A stretch of 64,000 nt of DNA from Patescibacteria group bacterium. GTDB lineage: Bacteria > Patescibacteriota > Patescibacteriia > Patescibacteriales > UBA12465. A program made the position numbers and the translations under genes. Location: NCBI GenBank assembly GCA_041651355.1, contig JBAZJK010000001.1, positions 165,883 to 229,882 on the forward strand. The letters run 5' to 3'. Below the pieces are notes generated by a model. It was not told where the DNA came from, made no database searches, and was given only the letters and a program-made list of their open reading frames with translations. This document shows positions 1 through 8,617 of the stretch, one piece after another. Each line of letters begins with the position of its first letter. Within the stretch, counting starts at the first letter, position 1.

Positions 1-4
1 GCTT

Positions 5-28
5 CACTATTGGTTACCAAAACTTAAC
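5..28 (+). repeat. Inverted partial copy of the 5' half of the neighbouring tRNA-like gene
   Basis: Plus-strand 6-14 ACTATTGGT and 17-28 CCAAAACTTAAC match positions 8-16 (ACTATCGGT) and 23-34 (CCAAAACTTAAC) of the minus-strand tRNA-like gene at 76-145. Similarity ends inside the anticodon loop. Confidence 0.6.
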
Positions 29-75
29 TTCATAAATATAGCAAATTTTATAGCCAAAGTCAATCAAGGCCTCGG

Positions 76-145
76 TGGACCCGCGGGGACTTGAACCCCG
101 GAAGCCAAATTGTTAAGTTTTGGTTCACTACCGATAGTCGGGCCC
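76..145 (-). tRNA. Atypical tRNA-like gene, isotype undetermined, possibly a pseudo-tRNA
   Basis: Minus-strand read: GGGCCCG ACTATCGGTAGT GAA CCAAA ACTTAACAA TTTGG CTTC CGGGG TTCAAGT CCCCG CGGGTCC A. It has a 7-bp acceptor stem (one G-T pair) and a canonical T-arm. It is only 70 nt long, with a 4-bp D stem, a 4-nt D loop, no U8 and a 9-nt anticodon loop. The alternative reading is a 7-nt loop CTTAACA with an A-A closing mismatch, giving anticodon TAA but without the long variable arm expected for Leu. CCA is not encoded. Confidence 0.45.
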
Positions 146-217
146 ACGGAAAAATATCATAACATAGAGCCCTTCAGGGAAAGCCGAAGATAAGATAAAA
201 TTTTATTAAGACAGTCT

Positions 218-1672
218 ATGAATTTAAATAGCTTAAGCATCGCTAGAGCCAGAGAATTATTAGACGCTAAGGAAATTAGCGCCCTGGCTTTGACGCAGGC
301 CTGCCTGGATAGGATAGAAGCGGTCGATGAAAAGATTAAAGCTTGCCTGCTGGTAGCCGAAGTTACAGCTTTAGAAGAGGCTAGGCAAGCAGATAAAAGG
401 TTGGCGGCCGGTGAAAGAGGTCCTTTGCTGGGTATTCCATATCTAGCTAAAGATATCTTGATGACCAAAGGTTTAAATACTACGGCGGCTTCTAAGATTT
501 TAGAAAATTATATCGCTCCTTATGACGCGACCGTCATTAAGAAATTAAAAGAAGCGGGCGCCGTGCTTTTAGGCAAGACCAATCTGGATGAATTTGCCCA
601 TGGCGCTTCTACGGAAAATTCGGCTTATGGCCCTAGTAATAATCCTTGGGACTTAGAAAGGGTTCCTGGCGGTTCAAGCGGCGGTTCAGCGGCAGCAGTA
701 GCAGCCGATCTGTGCTTGTTCGCTTTAGGGACCGATACGGGCGGTTCGATCCGTCAGCCAGCCAGCTTCTGCAACTTAGTGGGACTAAAGCCTAGCTATG
801 GCCGGGTTTCCCGTTTTGGCTTGATGGCCATGACTTCTTCGACCGACGTTATCGGTCCTCTAACTAAGACAGTGGAAGATGCAGCGATGGTACTGGAAGC
901 TATTGCCGGTGATGATGACTTAGATGCGACTACCTTAAAAGACAGTCCGGATCATTATGCTAATTTGCTTAATCAGGATATCCGAGGCTTGAAGGTCGGC
1001 TGGCCCAAAGAATATTTTACTAAGAATCTAGATAAGAAAATTCTCAGCCTACTAATTAGGGCCAAAGAGGACTTAATCAGGTTAGGGGCGGAAGTTATAG
1101 AAATTAGTTTGCCTCACACCCCATATACCGTGCCAGTCTATTATATTATTACTCCGGCGGAAATCAGCTCTAACTTAGCCCGTTTTGACGGAGTCGCCTG
1201 GGGTTTGAGCCACGATCAAGCCGAGGATTTGCAGGCTTTCTATAAGCAGAATCGAGGGCAGGGCTTCGGTCCGGAGGTCAAACGGCGGATAATGCTAGGC
1301 ACCTACACTTTGAGTGCCGGTTATTTCGATGCTTATTACAAAAAAGCCCTAGCAGTCAGATCTTTGATTAAAGCCGATTTTGCTTCAGCCTTTAAAGATG
1401 TTGATATTATTTTAACCCCGACTACTCCACACCCAGCTTTCAAATTAGGCGAACAGGTAAATGATCCCTTGGCTATGTATCTTGAGGATATTTATGTAAC
1501 CGGCGCTTCTTTGGCCGCCTTGCCGGCCCTATCTTTGCCAGCCGGTTTCGTAGACGATTTACCGATCGGCTTGCAACTTATCGGCCCGAGTTTGAGTGAA
1601 GCCCGGATTCTCAGCGTTGCCCATCAGCTGGAAAAAATAAATGCTTATAATACTATAAAAGCTAATTTATAA
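218..1672 (+). CDS. gatA: Glutamyl/aspartyl-tRNA amidotransferase subunit A
   Basis: 484 aa. Amidase signature GGSSGGSAAAVA and full-length GatA-like sequence (LGIPYLAKD, GTDTGGSIRQPASFC). Confidence 0.95.
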   Translation: MNLNSLSIARARELLDAKEISALALTQACLDRIEAVDEKIKACLLVAEVTALEEARQADKRLAAGERGPLLGIPYLAKDILMTKGLNTTAASKILENYIAPYDATVIKKLKEAGAVLLGKTNLDEFAHGASTENSAYGPSNNPWDLERVPGGSSGGSAAAVAADLCLFALGTDTGGSIRQPASFCNLVGLKPSYGRVSRFGLMAMTSSTDVIGPLTKTVEDAAMVLEAIAGDDDLDATTLKDSPDHYANLLNQDIRGLKVGWPKEYFTKNLDKKILSLLIRAKEDLIRLGAEVIEISLPHTPYTVPVYYIITPAEISSNLARFDGVAWGLSHDQAEDLQAFYKQNRGQGFGPEVKRRIMLGTYTLSAGYFDAYYKKALAVRSLIKADFASAFKDVDIILTPTTPHPAFKLGEQVNDPLAMYLEDIYVTGASLAALPALSLPAGFVDDLPIGLQLIGPSLSEARILSVAHQLEKINAYNTIKANL

Positions 1673-1676
1673 ATCT

Positions 1677-2384
1677 ATGCTTACTCTATCCAAAAAAATA
1701 CTTTGGATTGCTTTAGTGCTAGTTATAGCCATGACCTTTGGCTTTACTTTCTGGGCCATAAGCCTATCCCAGAAGGCTAGCGTTAGCCAGATTAAAGCGA
1801 TTATCGCCGCTCAGCCGGTGGCGGCTACTTCTGCCCAGACATATCAAGTGGATAAAGCGCCACAGATTCAAGATGGTGATTGGCTCTTGGGTGATAAGCA
1901 GGCCAAAATCAGGATGTTTGTGTTTGAAGATTATGCCAGTCCTTACTCAGCAGAATTTAATGATACAGTGGAAAGGCTTAAGTCTGAGTATCAAGATAGA
2001 ATCGTGTTTATCTTCAGGCCCTTTATCAGCAAAAGCGATCCCTTGTCGGCTCTGGGCAGCCAAGCGTTGGTGTGTGCTGGGGCTGACTGGCTTAGTATGA
2101 GAGCTAATATTTTCCGCTTGGTTAAGGAAAACAAGTTGACCGCTGATAGCCTGCAAGCAGCCGCTGTGTCTAAAGAAGATTTTGCTGATTGCCTGGCCGG
2201 CTTGCCAAGTTTGGAAAAATCAGCCAAACTAAGTGAGTCCGCTAAGGACTACGCTGTCATTGGAGCCCCCACCATCTTTATTAATGATAGCTTGATAGTC
2301 GGTGCTCGGCCCTATGAAGATTATGTTGATAGTAATGGTGATAAGGTTGACGGCCTGAAAACTATCATAGAGAGAATAAAATAA
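1677..2384 (+). CDS. Membrane-anchored DsbA-like thioredoxin-fold protein with SxxS in place of CxxC
   Basis: N-terminal TM helix. FVFEDYASPYSAEFN aligns by eye to the DsbA/BdbD motif F.D..CP.C..F. The C-terminal GAPTIFIN is typical of the family. Confidence 0.6.
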   Translation: MLTLSKKILWIALVLVIAMTFGFTFWAISLSQKASVSQIKAIIAAQPVAATSAQTYQVDKAPQIQDGDWLLGDKQAKIRMFVFEDYASPYSAEFNDTVERLKSEYQDRIVFIFRPFISKSDPLSALGSQALVCAGADWLSMRANIFRLVKENKLTADSLQAAAVSKEDFADCLAGLPSLEKSAKLSESAKDYAVIGAPTIFINDSLIVGARPYEDYVDSNGDKVDGLKTIIERIK

Positions 2385-2411
2385 TTTTAATAAGCCGTTT
2401 ACGGCTTATCT

Positions 2412-2496
2412 GGAGAGGTCGCATAGTGGTCGATTGCGCGCGCTTGGAAAGCGCGTATACCGCAAGGTATCGAGGGTTCGAATCCCTCTCTCTCCG
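2412..2496 (+). tRNA. tRNA-Ser (anticodon GGA)
   Basis: Acceptor GGAGAGG/TCTCTCC, 3-bp D stem, anticodon stem CGCGC/GCGCG with loop TTGGAAA, long variable arm TATACCGCAAGGTATC, T-arm GAGGGTTCGAATCCCTC and discriminator G. CCA is not encoded. Confidence 0.95.
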
Positions 2497-2504
2497 CAGA
2501 CAGG

Positions 2505-2541
2505 GACGGAGTGAGTCTAAAAGCTCACTTCGTCTTTTGTT
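2505..2541 (+). terminator. Intrinsic terminator after tRNA-Ser
   Basis: Hairpin GACGGAGTGAG...CTCACTTCGTC followed by TTTTGTTT. Confidence 0.6.
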
Positions 2542-2722
2542 TATGGGGGTTTTCTCCAGTTCGAACCTTGTTGTTTTATCGTTAAGGAGTTTTTGTGATT
2601 TTTGAATCGGCTCGAGCCATTTATAAGCTAATATTCCAAGTTTTTTTGGTCCAAAGTTCAGTTCGAGCCTAAATGCAAAAAAATGGATTTATCTTCCTTT
2701 TGCCTTATGGTATATTTAAAGT

Positions 2723-3385
2723 ATGAATTTTGTTGAACTAAAAGCCGAATATTATTTATTCAAAAAGGCAGACTTTGGTCGTGTCTATGTTTTTGTTGAT
2801 TTTGGCAATGTCCGTCCTTGGGCTAAAGAATTATGGCCGGAAGAAAATAAGTTCAGAATTAGCCAGGAAGTAGATATCGCGAAATTGGCAGAAATTATTA
2901 ATTGGATTTTTCCAATAAAGAGACTATTTTATTACGGCCGTTATTTAGAAAATACAAATTTTCCCAAAGAGCACGATAATAATAAAAAATATCGAGCCTC
3001 AATGTTCAGACTAGACAAAGCCAGAAAGAACGGGTTTGAAGTTAAGACTAAGGACATTAAAATGATTCCGCATTATGATGAGTCCGGCGTCTTTTTAAAT
3101 AAGGTTCCGAAATGTAATTTTGATGTAGAGATAACCATGGATATGATCACTAAATCCGAGAAATATGATACGGTCATGCTTTTCTCCGGCGATAGCTATT
3201 TTGGCGGACTGCTTAGTTACTTAAAAAGCAAAGGTAAAAAAGTGATTGTTGTTTGCACTAGGAACAGAATGAGTAAAGAGTTGCAGGCCGTGGCTGATGT
3301 GTTTATTCCGGCGGAAACATTGGGCGGCTTTTTAAAGCTTGAAAATACCAGAATAAAAAAACACTCCGCTTGCGCGGAGGTGTGA
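2723..3385 (+). CDS. NYN / LabA-like PIN-fold nuclease-domain protein
   Basis: Conserved acidic motifs in NYN order: VFVDFGNV, NFDVEITMDM, MLFSGDSYF. These are followed by KGKKVIVV...ADVFIP. Confidence 0.6.
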   Translation: MNFVELKAEYYLFKKADFGRVYVFVDFGNVRPWAKELWPEENKFRISQEVDIAKLAEIINWIFPIKRLFYYGRYLENTNFPKEHDNNKKYRASMFRLDKARKNGFEVKTKDIKMIPHYDESGVFLNKVPKCNFDVEITMDMITKSEKYDTVMLFSGDSYFGGLLSYLKSKGKKVIVVCTRNRMSKELQAVADVFIPAETLGGFLKLENTRIKKHSACAEV

Positions 3386-3479
3386 ATACAATCCTAGTAT
3401 CGTTTAGGGGACGATAGTCTTTCGACTATGATAATATTATATTATATATCAAAAAATTGGTCAATAGCTTAAGAAAATT

Positions 3480-3725
3480 ATGAAAACTGCAATTTTAGAC
3501 GGTGCTAACATGGACATCGACTTGACTTCCGAGGATAATACGTCCTGGAAGCAAATGAAATGCCCATGGAATGAAGCTGAAGGAAATAATATCCACAAAT
3601 GTGCTATTAAGAATGTATCTATTTGTGATTATTTTTGCGGTATTCAATATTTAGATAATGTAATTTGTTGCTATCCAGAAAAGAATAATTTAATTGATAG
3701 TAAAATAAATAAAAAATCAGAATAA
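3480..3725 (+). CDS. Small Cys-rich hypothetical protein (81 aa)
   Basis: ORF with 6 Cys (KCPW..HKCA..ICDYFCG..ICCYP). I recognise no family. It is followed by a strong hairpin. Confidence 0.4.
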   Translation: MKTAILDGANMDIDLTSEDNTSWKQMKCPWNEAEGNNIHKCAIKNVSICDYFCGIQYLDNVICCYPEKNNLIDSKINKKSE

Positions 3726-3767
3726 TTATAAAAAAGCTCGAATAGCGTCCCTAACACCCCGCATGCG

Positions 3768-3799
3768 AATTAAGGCAAGCTCTACCGCTTGTCTTAATT
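3768..3799 (+). terminator. Strong hairpin, probable terminator of the Cys-rich ORF
   Basis: 13-bp stem AATTAAGGCAAGC / GCTTGTCTTAATT (one G-T), loop TCTACC, followed by TGTATT. The U-tract is weak. Confidence 0.5.
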
Positions 3800-3881
3800 T
3801 GTATTAGACATAAGGAGGAACAGTTTATTCCTTTAGGTGCAAATACCCCGAGGCGGAGGCAAAAATTCTCCTCTTTATGAG

Positions 3882-3911
3882 TTGACAAAATAACAATAAA
3901 TATGCTATATT
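3882..3911 (+). promoter_or_regulatory. Sigma70-type promoter for the SPFH gene
   Basis: TTGACA, an 18-nt spacer, then TATATT with an extended -10 TG (TGCTATATT). It lies 30 nt upstream of the ATG at 3941. Confidence 0.65.
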
Positions 3912-3940
3912 TATTAATCAATTATTAATTAATTAAAAAT

Positions 3941-4846
3941 ATGATGAACTATTTATTACTTTCTGTGGGCTTAGTAATTTTTTTAATCATTTTAGCTGGT
4001 ATACGAGTTGTTAGCCAAAACACCGTTCTAGTCATTGAATTTTTAGGAAAATTCAAAAGAATCATGAATGCGGGATTAAATTATAAAATTCCACTTTTTG
4101 AGAAGGTTGTAGAGAAAATCTCTTTGCGCCAACAAAATTTTGCGATTAATGGCTTATATCCTTCTAAAGATAAAGTTATCATAGATGTTTCAACCAACCT
4201 TATCTACTCCGTGGAAAGCAATAGTGACGGCGTTAAAAAATATGTTTACGCCCTATCTGAAAGAAATAAATCTATTGGCGCAATTATCGAAAATTCTTTA
4301 CGAACTTATATCGCCAAGGAAACACATGAAGGTATTTTAGAAAAAAAGGAAGAATTAGCCGCTCATATTAGAGGCGATTTAGAAAAACAATTTTCTGAAT
4401 GGGGCATGCTTATCAATAGTTTTCAAATTACGGGAGTCAGTTTTCCGCCGACCATTACCCAAGCTATGTCTGAGGTAGTAGCCTCTGAACAGTTGAAAAA
4501 AGCCGCCGAAAACAAAGGAGAGGCCACTAAGATTCAGGCCGTTAAAGAGGCTGAAGCAGAAAGAGAAAGAAAGCGTCTCCAGGGCGAGGGTATAGCCATG
4601 GAAAGGGAAGCGATTGCCAGGGGGTTAAAAGAGTCGATCGAAATCGTTAAGGGTTCGACCAATCAAAGCTCTTCCGAGATATTAGCCCTGCTGACATTAA
4701 CTCAATATCTGGATACTTTAAAAACCATCGGTTTAAATGATAATAGTAAGGTGATTTTTATGGACACCAGTGTTAATAAAACTTCAGATTTATTGCAACA
4801 ATTGACCGGAGCATTGGAAATTAACAAATCCCAGAATAAAGTTTAA
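3941..4846 (+). CDS. SPFH / band-7 (stomatin-prohibitin-like) membrane protein
   Basis: N-terminal TM helix, then RVVSQNTVLVIEFLGKF..AGLNYKIPLFEKV. The C-terminal region is a coiled coil rich in E, A and K. Confidence 0.85.
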   Translation: MMNYLLLSVGLVIFLIILAGIRVVSQNTVLVIEFLGKFKRIMNAGLNYKIPLFEKVVEKISLRQQNFAINGLYPSKDKVIIDVSTNLIYSVESNSDGVKKYVYALSERNKSIGAIIENSLRTYIAKETHEGILEKKEELAAHIRGDLEKQFSEWGMLINSFQITGVSFPPTITQAMSEVVASEQLKKAAENKGEATKIQAVKEAEAERERKRLQGEGIAMEREAIARGLKESIEIVKGSTNQSSSEILALLTLTQYLDTLKTIGLNDNSKVIFMDTSVNKTSDLLQQLTGALEINKSQNKV

Positions 4847-4994
4847 ATTATTCTTGATTAGACAGGAGTCAAATATAAAATTAGGACGTCAAAGTTTTTG
4901 TCCAATTACAAGAGCCAGATTTCTTAGAAATTCTAGCTAACTTAGCTGTCGATAAAAAAATAAGGACAAGATAAATATTTTTAACAAAAATTTT

Positions 4995-5762
4995 ATGGAA
5001 CAACCAATGAATAAGCTCCAAGCTAGAAAAAACATTCCGTGGTTCTTGTTGGTAATAGTTATTGTTGTTTTAATGGCACTGGTAGCCGGCGTGATAATTT
5101 TTTGGTGGTCTAATCAGAAACAGCTAAGGCCTAATAATGAGATTGACTCTTTACGCACTCAAGTCGGCCAGTTGCAAGAAACTTCTGGCGCAGATTCCTC
5201 ATTAACACCCGCCCCCATAGCACAGCCAGATTCAAGCAGTGTATTTGAATTAAATAAGAAGGAAGCGGGCACCAAAATATATTATTCTGATAAGTTGGGC
5301 ATCGGGTTTACATACCTTTCCCTGGATCCTGGATATACGCCGAATATTACCGAAACCGCTACTAAAATCGATCTTGATGGGCAATCAATTGAAGTATTTA
5401 CAAAAGATCCGAAGCTTACATTAGCAGAGGCTATTAAAGATAATTTTTTGTCAGGTTACGACCAAAAAGATTGTTTTGTGAAAGTTTATGAAACTAATGA
5501 GCAGGAGCTCTCAAATTATATCTCGGCTGGGATTTCTTTTCCTGCGCCCAGCGACCCAAGTATGCCTTGGTGGCAAAATTCTGTTAAATGCCCACGGTAT
5601 TACAGCGAAACTAACGGTTTACAATATTTCCTTATGAATAATGACGTTCCGGACAAGTTTTTATTCGTCAAGCTAGGGCAAGCTTCGTCAGCTTCTGACG
5701 GCACTCCGCGAACCCCGGAAGTTGGTTTTGATTGGAGCCATTCCATTCGCATCTTAAAATAG
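4995..5762 (+). CDS. Membrane-anchored hypothetical protein
   Basis: 255-aa ORF with one N-terminal TM helix (WFLLVIVIVVLMALVAGVIIFWW). The extracytoplasmic domain is not recognisable. Confidence 0.55.
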   Translation: MEQPMNKLQARKNIPWFLLVIVIVVLMALVAGVIIFWWSNQKQLRPNNEIDSLRTQVGQLQETSGADSSLTPAPIAQPDSSSVFELNKKEAGTKIYYSDKLGIGFTYLSLDPGYTPNITETATKIDLDGQSIEVFTKDPKLTLAEAIKDNFLSGYDQKDCFVKVYETNEQELSNYISAGISFPAPSDPSMPWWQNSVKCPRYYSETNGLQYFLMNNDVPDKFLFVKLGQASSASDGTPRTPEVGFDWSHSIRILK

Positions 5763-5861
5763 GATCCAGGAAAAAGCCGCCGTTAAGGCAAAAGTTTAAA
5801 TTTTTAATTCCCATGGTTTAGCCCTATGACTAAGTTATAAGTCATAATTTAGTAATAAAAA

Positions 5862-5889
5862 TCACCTCTTAATAGGGGTGGTTTTTTAT
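5862..5889 (+). terminator. Intrinsic terminator
   Basis: Stem CACCTC/GGGGTG, loop TTAATA, then GTTTTTTATT. Confidence 0.7.
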
Positions 5890-5911
5890 TAGGAGACAAA
5901 TAATTAAAATG

Positions 5912-5920
5912 TGTTATAAT
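5912..5920 (+). promoter_or_regulatory. Extended -10 element (TGTTATAAT) for the malic enzyme gene
   Basis: Exact TGnTATAAT lying inside the ORF-track N-terminal extension. This supports the downstream ATG at 5948 as the true start. Confidence 0.55.
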
Positions 5921-5947
5921 CATAGGACTTATTTTAACCATAACTAT

Positions 5948-7090
5948 ATGTCAGACGTCTATCAAAAATCACTTGAGCTCCATTTGGAGCATCAAGGCAA
6001 GCTAGAAGTAGCCAGTAAAGTTAGCCTTAACGACAGGGAGGCGCTAAGCTTAGCCTATACCCCTGGAGTCGCCGAGGTTTGCCGGGCTATTGCCAAGGAT
6101 AAAAGCCAGGCTCGGAGCCTGACGATGAAGGGAAATATGGTGGCGGTAATCAGTGACGGGAGCGCTATTTTAGGTTTAGGGAATCTCGGCCCCGAGGCCG
6201 CTTTGCCGGTAATGGAAGGGAAATGTATCCTCTTTAAAGAATTCGCCGGTCTCGATGCTTTTCCTATTTGCCTAGATACTCAGGATGAGGAAGAAATAAT
6301 CAAGGCGGTCAAGTTACTTGCTCCGGTATTTGGGGGGATAAATTTGGAGGATATTTCCGCCCCTCGTTGTTTTAATATCGAAAAGAGGCTCAAGCAGGAG
6401 TTAAATATCCCGGTCATGCATGATGATCAGCATGGTACCGCCACAGTTGTTCTAGCTGGCTTAATTAATGCTTTGAAAGTTAAAGGCTTGGATAAAGCGG
6501 AAACCAGGGTGGTAATTAATGGGGCCGGAGCCGCTGGTACGGCTATTAGTAAATTACTTCTGGCCTATGGTTTTAAAAATATAATTATTTGCGATCGCCA
6601 GGGGGCTATTTACGAAGGCCGTCCGGGTTTAGATTCGTATAAGCAGGAATTGGCCGCCCTTAGCAATCCAGAAAAAGTCTCCGGTCCTTTATCCCAAGCT
6701 TTATTTGGGGCTGATATTTTTATCGGCGTCAGCGCGCCAGGGGTGTTAAACGGCGAGATGATTAAAGCCATGAAGCCTGAACCAATTATTTTTGCCCTAG
6801 CTAATCCAGTACCAGAAATCATGCCCGAGGAAGCCAAGCAGGCCGGAGCATTAATCGTCGCTACCGGTCGGAGCGATTATCCCAATCAGATTAATAATGT
6901 TTTGGTTTTTCCGGGTATCTTCCGGGGCGCTTTAGATAATATGGTTAAAATGATTGATGCTGAGGTTCTAATTAAGGCCGCCCTTAATTTAGCGGCTTTA
7001 GTCCCGGAGCCTCGCCCAGATTTGATCCTGCCAGATCCTTTTAATAAAGAGGTGGCGCCAGCGGTAGCTCGGGCTTTTAGTGTGTCATAG
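5948..7090 (+). CDS. NAD(P)-dependent malic enzyme, short form without a PTA domain
   Basis: LSLAYTPGVAEVC, GNLGPEAALPVMEGK, INLEDISAPRCF, DDQHGTA, GAGAAG. The start is set at MSDVYQ by comparison with typical N-termini; the ORF track starts at 5909. Confidence 0.9.
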   Translation: MSDVYQKSLELHLEHQGKLEVASKVSLNDREALSLAYTPGVAEVCRAIAKDKSQARSLTMKGNMVAVISDGSAILGLGNLGPEAALPVMEGKCILFKEFAGLDAFPICLDTQDEEEIIKAVKLLAPVFGGINLEDISAPRCFNIEKRLKQELNIPVMHDDQHGTATVVLAGLINALKVKGLDKAETRVVINGAGAAGTAISKLLLAYGFKNIIICDRQGAIYEGRPGLDSYKQELAALSNPEKVSGPLSQALFGADIFIGVSAPGVLNGEMIKAMKPEPIIFALANPVPEIMPEEAKQAGALIVATGRSDYPNQINNVLVFPGIFRGALDNMVKMIDAEVLIKAALNLAALVPEPRPDLILPDPFNKEVAPAVARAFSVS

Positions 7091-7150
7091 AAGCTTGATA
7101 AAAAGGGATTTTTGGGCTATATTGATTATGTTTTAGTATTATTTATTTAT

Positions 7151-8545
7151 ATGTCTTACACTTTAATTAGAAATTTATATCAAGACGCTAGTAAGTATTT
7201 GGGGCAGAAAGTTACGGTCGGTGCCTGGGTGCGAACGGTGCGTAGCTCTAAAGATTTTGCCTTTATTGAATTAAATGACGGTAGTTTTTTCAAAGGCCTA
7301 CAGGTCGTTTTTGATACCAGCTTGGATAATTTTAGTGAAATTGAAAAGCTAGGAGTAGGCTCATCCTTGGAAGTGGAGGGGGTGCTCAAGGAATCACCGG
7401 CCTCTGGCCAAGCCTTTGAACTGAAGGCAGATAAGATTACTATCCTAGGCGATTCGCCTGAAGATTATCCTCTGCAGAAGAAAAAACATAGTTTTGAATT
7501 TTTGCGTACAATCGCTCACTTGCGTGGCCGCAGTAACACTTTCTCCGCCGTCTTCCGTCTCCGTTCCGCTCTTAGTTTTGCTATCCACAAATTTTTTCAA
7601 GAAGAAGGTTTTTCCTATGTCCATACCCCAATTATTTCTACCAGCGATGCCGAGGGGGCAGGGGAAGTATTTGGATTAACTACTTTTGACCTTAAAAAAA
7701 CTTTGCCTAAAGATAAGGACGGAGAAATTGATTACTCACAAGATTTTTTTGGCCGTAAAGCCGGATTGACGGTCAGCGGCCAGCTAGAAGCTGAAACATT
7801 AATTAGCGGTCTTAATAAAGTCTATACTTTTGGGCCGACCTTTCGGGCGGAAAATTCTAATACCACTCGGCATGCTTGCGAATTTTGGATGATTGAGCCG
7901 GAAATGGCTTTTGCTGAGCTACAAGATGATATGGATCTGGCGGAACGGATGATTAAATATTTGATTCGTTACGTTCTCAAAGAGCTGCCAGAAGAGATGG
8001 AATTTTTCAATAAGTTTATTGACGAGAATTTACAATCTAGATTGGAAAAGGTCTTAAATTCCGAATTTATCCGCCTAACCTATACCGAAGCGATAGACAA
8101 GCTCATCGCTAGCGGTCAGAAATTCGAGTATCCAGTTAAATGGGGAATCGATCTTCAAACCGAGCATGAACGCTATCTGACTGAAAAGATTTTTAACGCT
8201 CCAGTTTTTTTGACCGACTATCCCAAAGACATCAAGGCTTTCTATATGCGCCAGAATGATGATGGAAAAACCGTGGCCGCTATGGATCTCTTGGTTCCGG
8301 GCATCGGAGAAATTATCGGTGGTAGCCAGAGAGAGGAGAGATTAGAAAAATTGGAAGCTAGAATCAAAGAATTGGGTCTTAAAGCCGAAGACTATTGGTG
8401 GTATCTGGATCTACGCAAGTACGGCAGCGTCAAACATGCCGGTTTTGGTTTAGGCTTTGAGCGGGCGATCATGTATTTTTCCGGCATGGCCAACATCCGT
8501 GACGTCATTCCATTCCCGCGTACGCCCAAGAACGCCGAGTTCTAA
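7151..8545 (+). CDS. asnS: Asparaginyl-tRNA synthetase
   Basis: Class IIb motifs: [41 protein letters not shown]. The start is set at MSYTLIRN; the ORF-track start at 7112 is a TTG extension. Confidence 0.95.
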   Translation: MSYTLIRNLYQDASKYLGQKVTVGAWVRTVRSSKDFAFIELNDGSFFKGLQVVFDTSLDNFSEIEKLGVGSSLEVEGVLKESPASGQAFELKADKITILGDSPEDYPLQKKKHSFEFLRTIAHLRGRSNTFSAVFRLRSALSFAIHKFFQEEGFSYVHTPIISTSDAEGAGEVFGLTTFDLKKTLPKDKDGEIDYSQDFFGRKAGLTVSGQLEAETLISGLNKVYTFGPTFRAENSNTTRHACEFWMIEPEMAFAELQDDMDLAERMIKYLIRYVLKELPEEMEFFNKFIDENLQSRLEKVLNSEFIRLTYTEAIDKLIASGQKFEYPVKWGIDLQTEHERYLTEKIFNAPVFLTDYPKDIKAFYMRQNDDGKTVAAMDLLVPGIGEIIGGSQREERLEKLEARIKELGLKAEDYWWYLDLRKYGSVKHAGFGLGFERAIMYFSGMANIRDVIPFPRTPKNAEF

Positions 8546-8570
8546 TTTTAAATATTATACCAATGGGAAA

Positions 8571-8598
8571 AAGGCAATTTTATGATTGCCTTTTTTGT
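8571..8598. terminator. Bidirectional intrinsic terminator between convergent asnS and the MFS gene
   Basis: Stem AAGGCAAT/ATTGCCTT, preceded by an A-run and followed by TTTTTTGTT. Confidence 0.8.
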
Positions 8599-8617
8599 TG
8601 GCTTTAGTCTTTTCCTG

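Noticed and set aside
2555-2670. Two T-arm-like direct repeats, TCCAGTTCGAACCT (2555-2568) and TTCAGTTCGAGCCT (2657-2670), downstream of tRNA-Ser. I considered them as possible att remnants.
   Set aside because: They are short (14 nt with 2 mismatches), do not match the actual tRNA-Ser 3' end, lack flanking stems to form tRNA halves, and no integrase is nearby.
3830-3880. Purine-rich GGAGG triplet region (AAGGAGGAA ... GAGGCGGAGG) upstream of the SPFH promoter, considered as a hidden sORF start or ribosome decoy.
   Set aside because: No ATG, GTG or TTG lies at a usable distance from the first SD-like site. The region is upstream of the predicted promoter at 3882-3911, and only short (4-5 bp) helices can form.
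5909-5947. N-terminal ORF-track extensions of the malic enzyme (5909-5947), asnS (7112-7150), the 967-aa protein (20829-20906) and the ASCH protein (34861-34872).
   Set aside because: The extensions overlap promoter or terminator elements (TGTTATAAT at 5912, the terminator at 20803-20828, TGCTATAAT at 20849) or the upstream gene. Family-typical N-termini or signal peptides begin at the internal Met.
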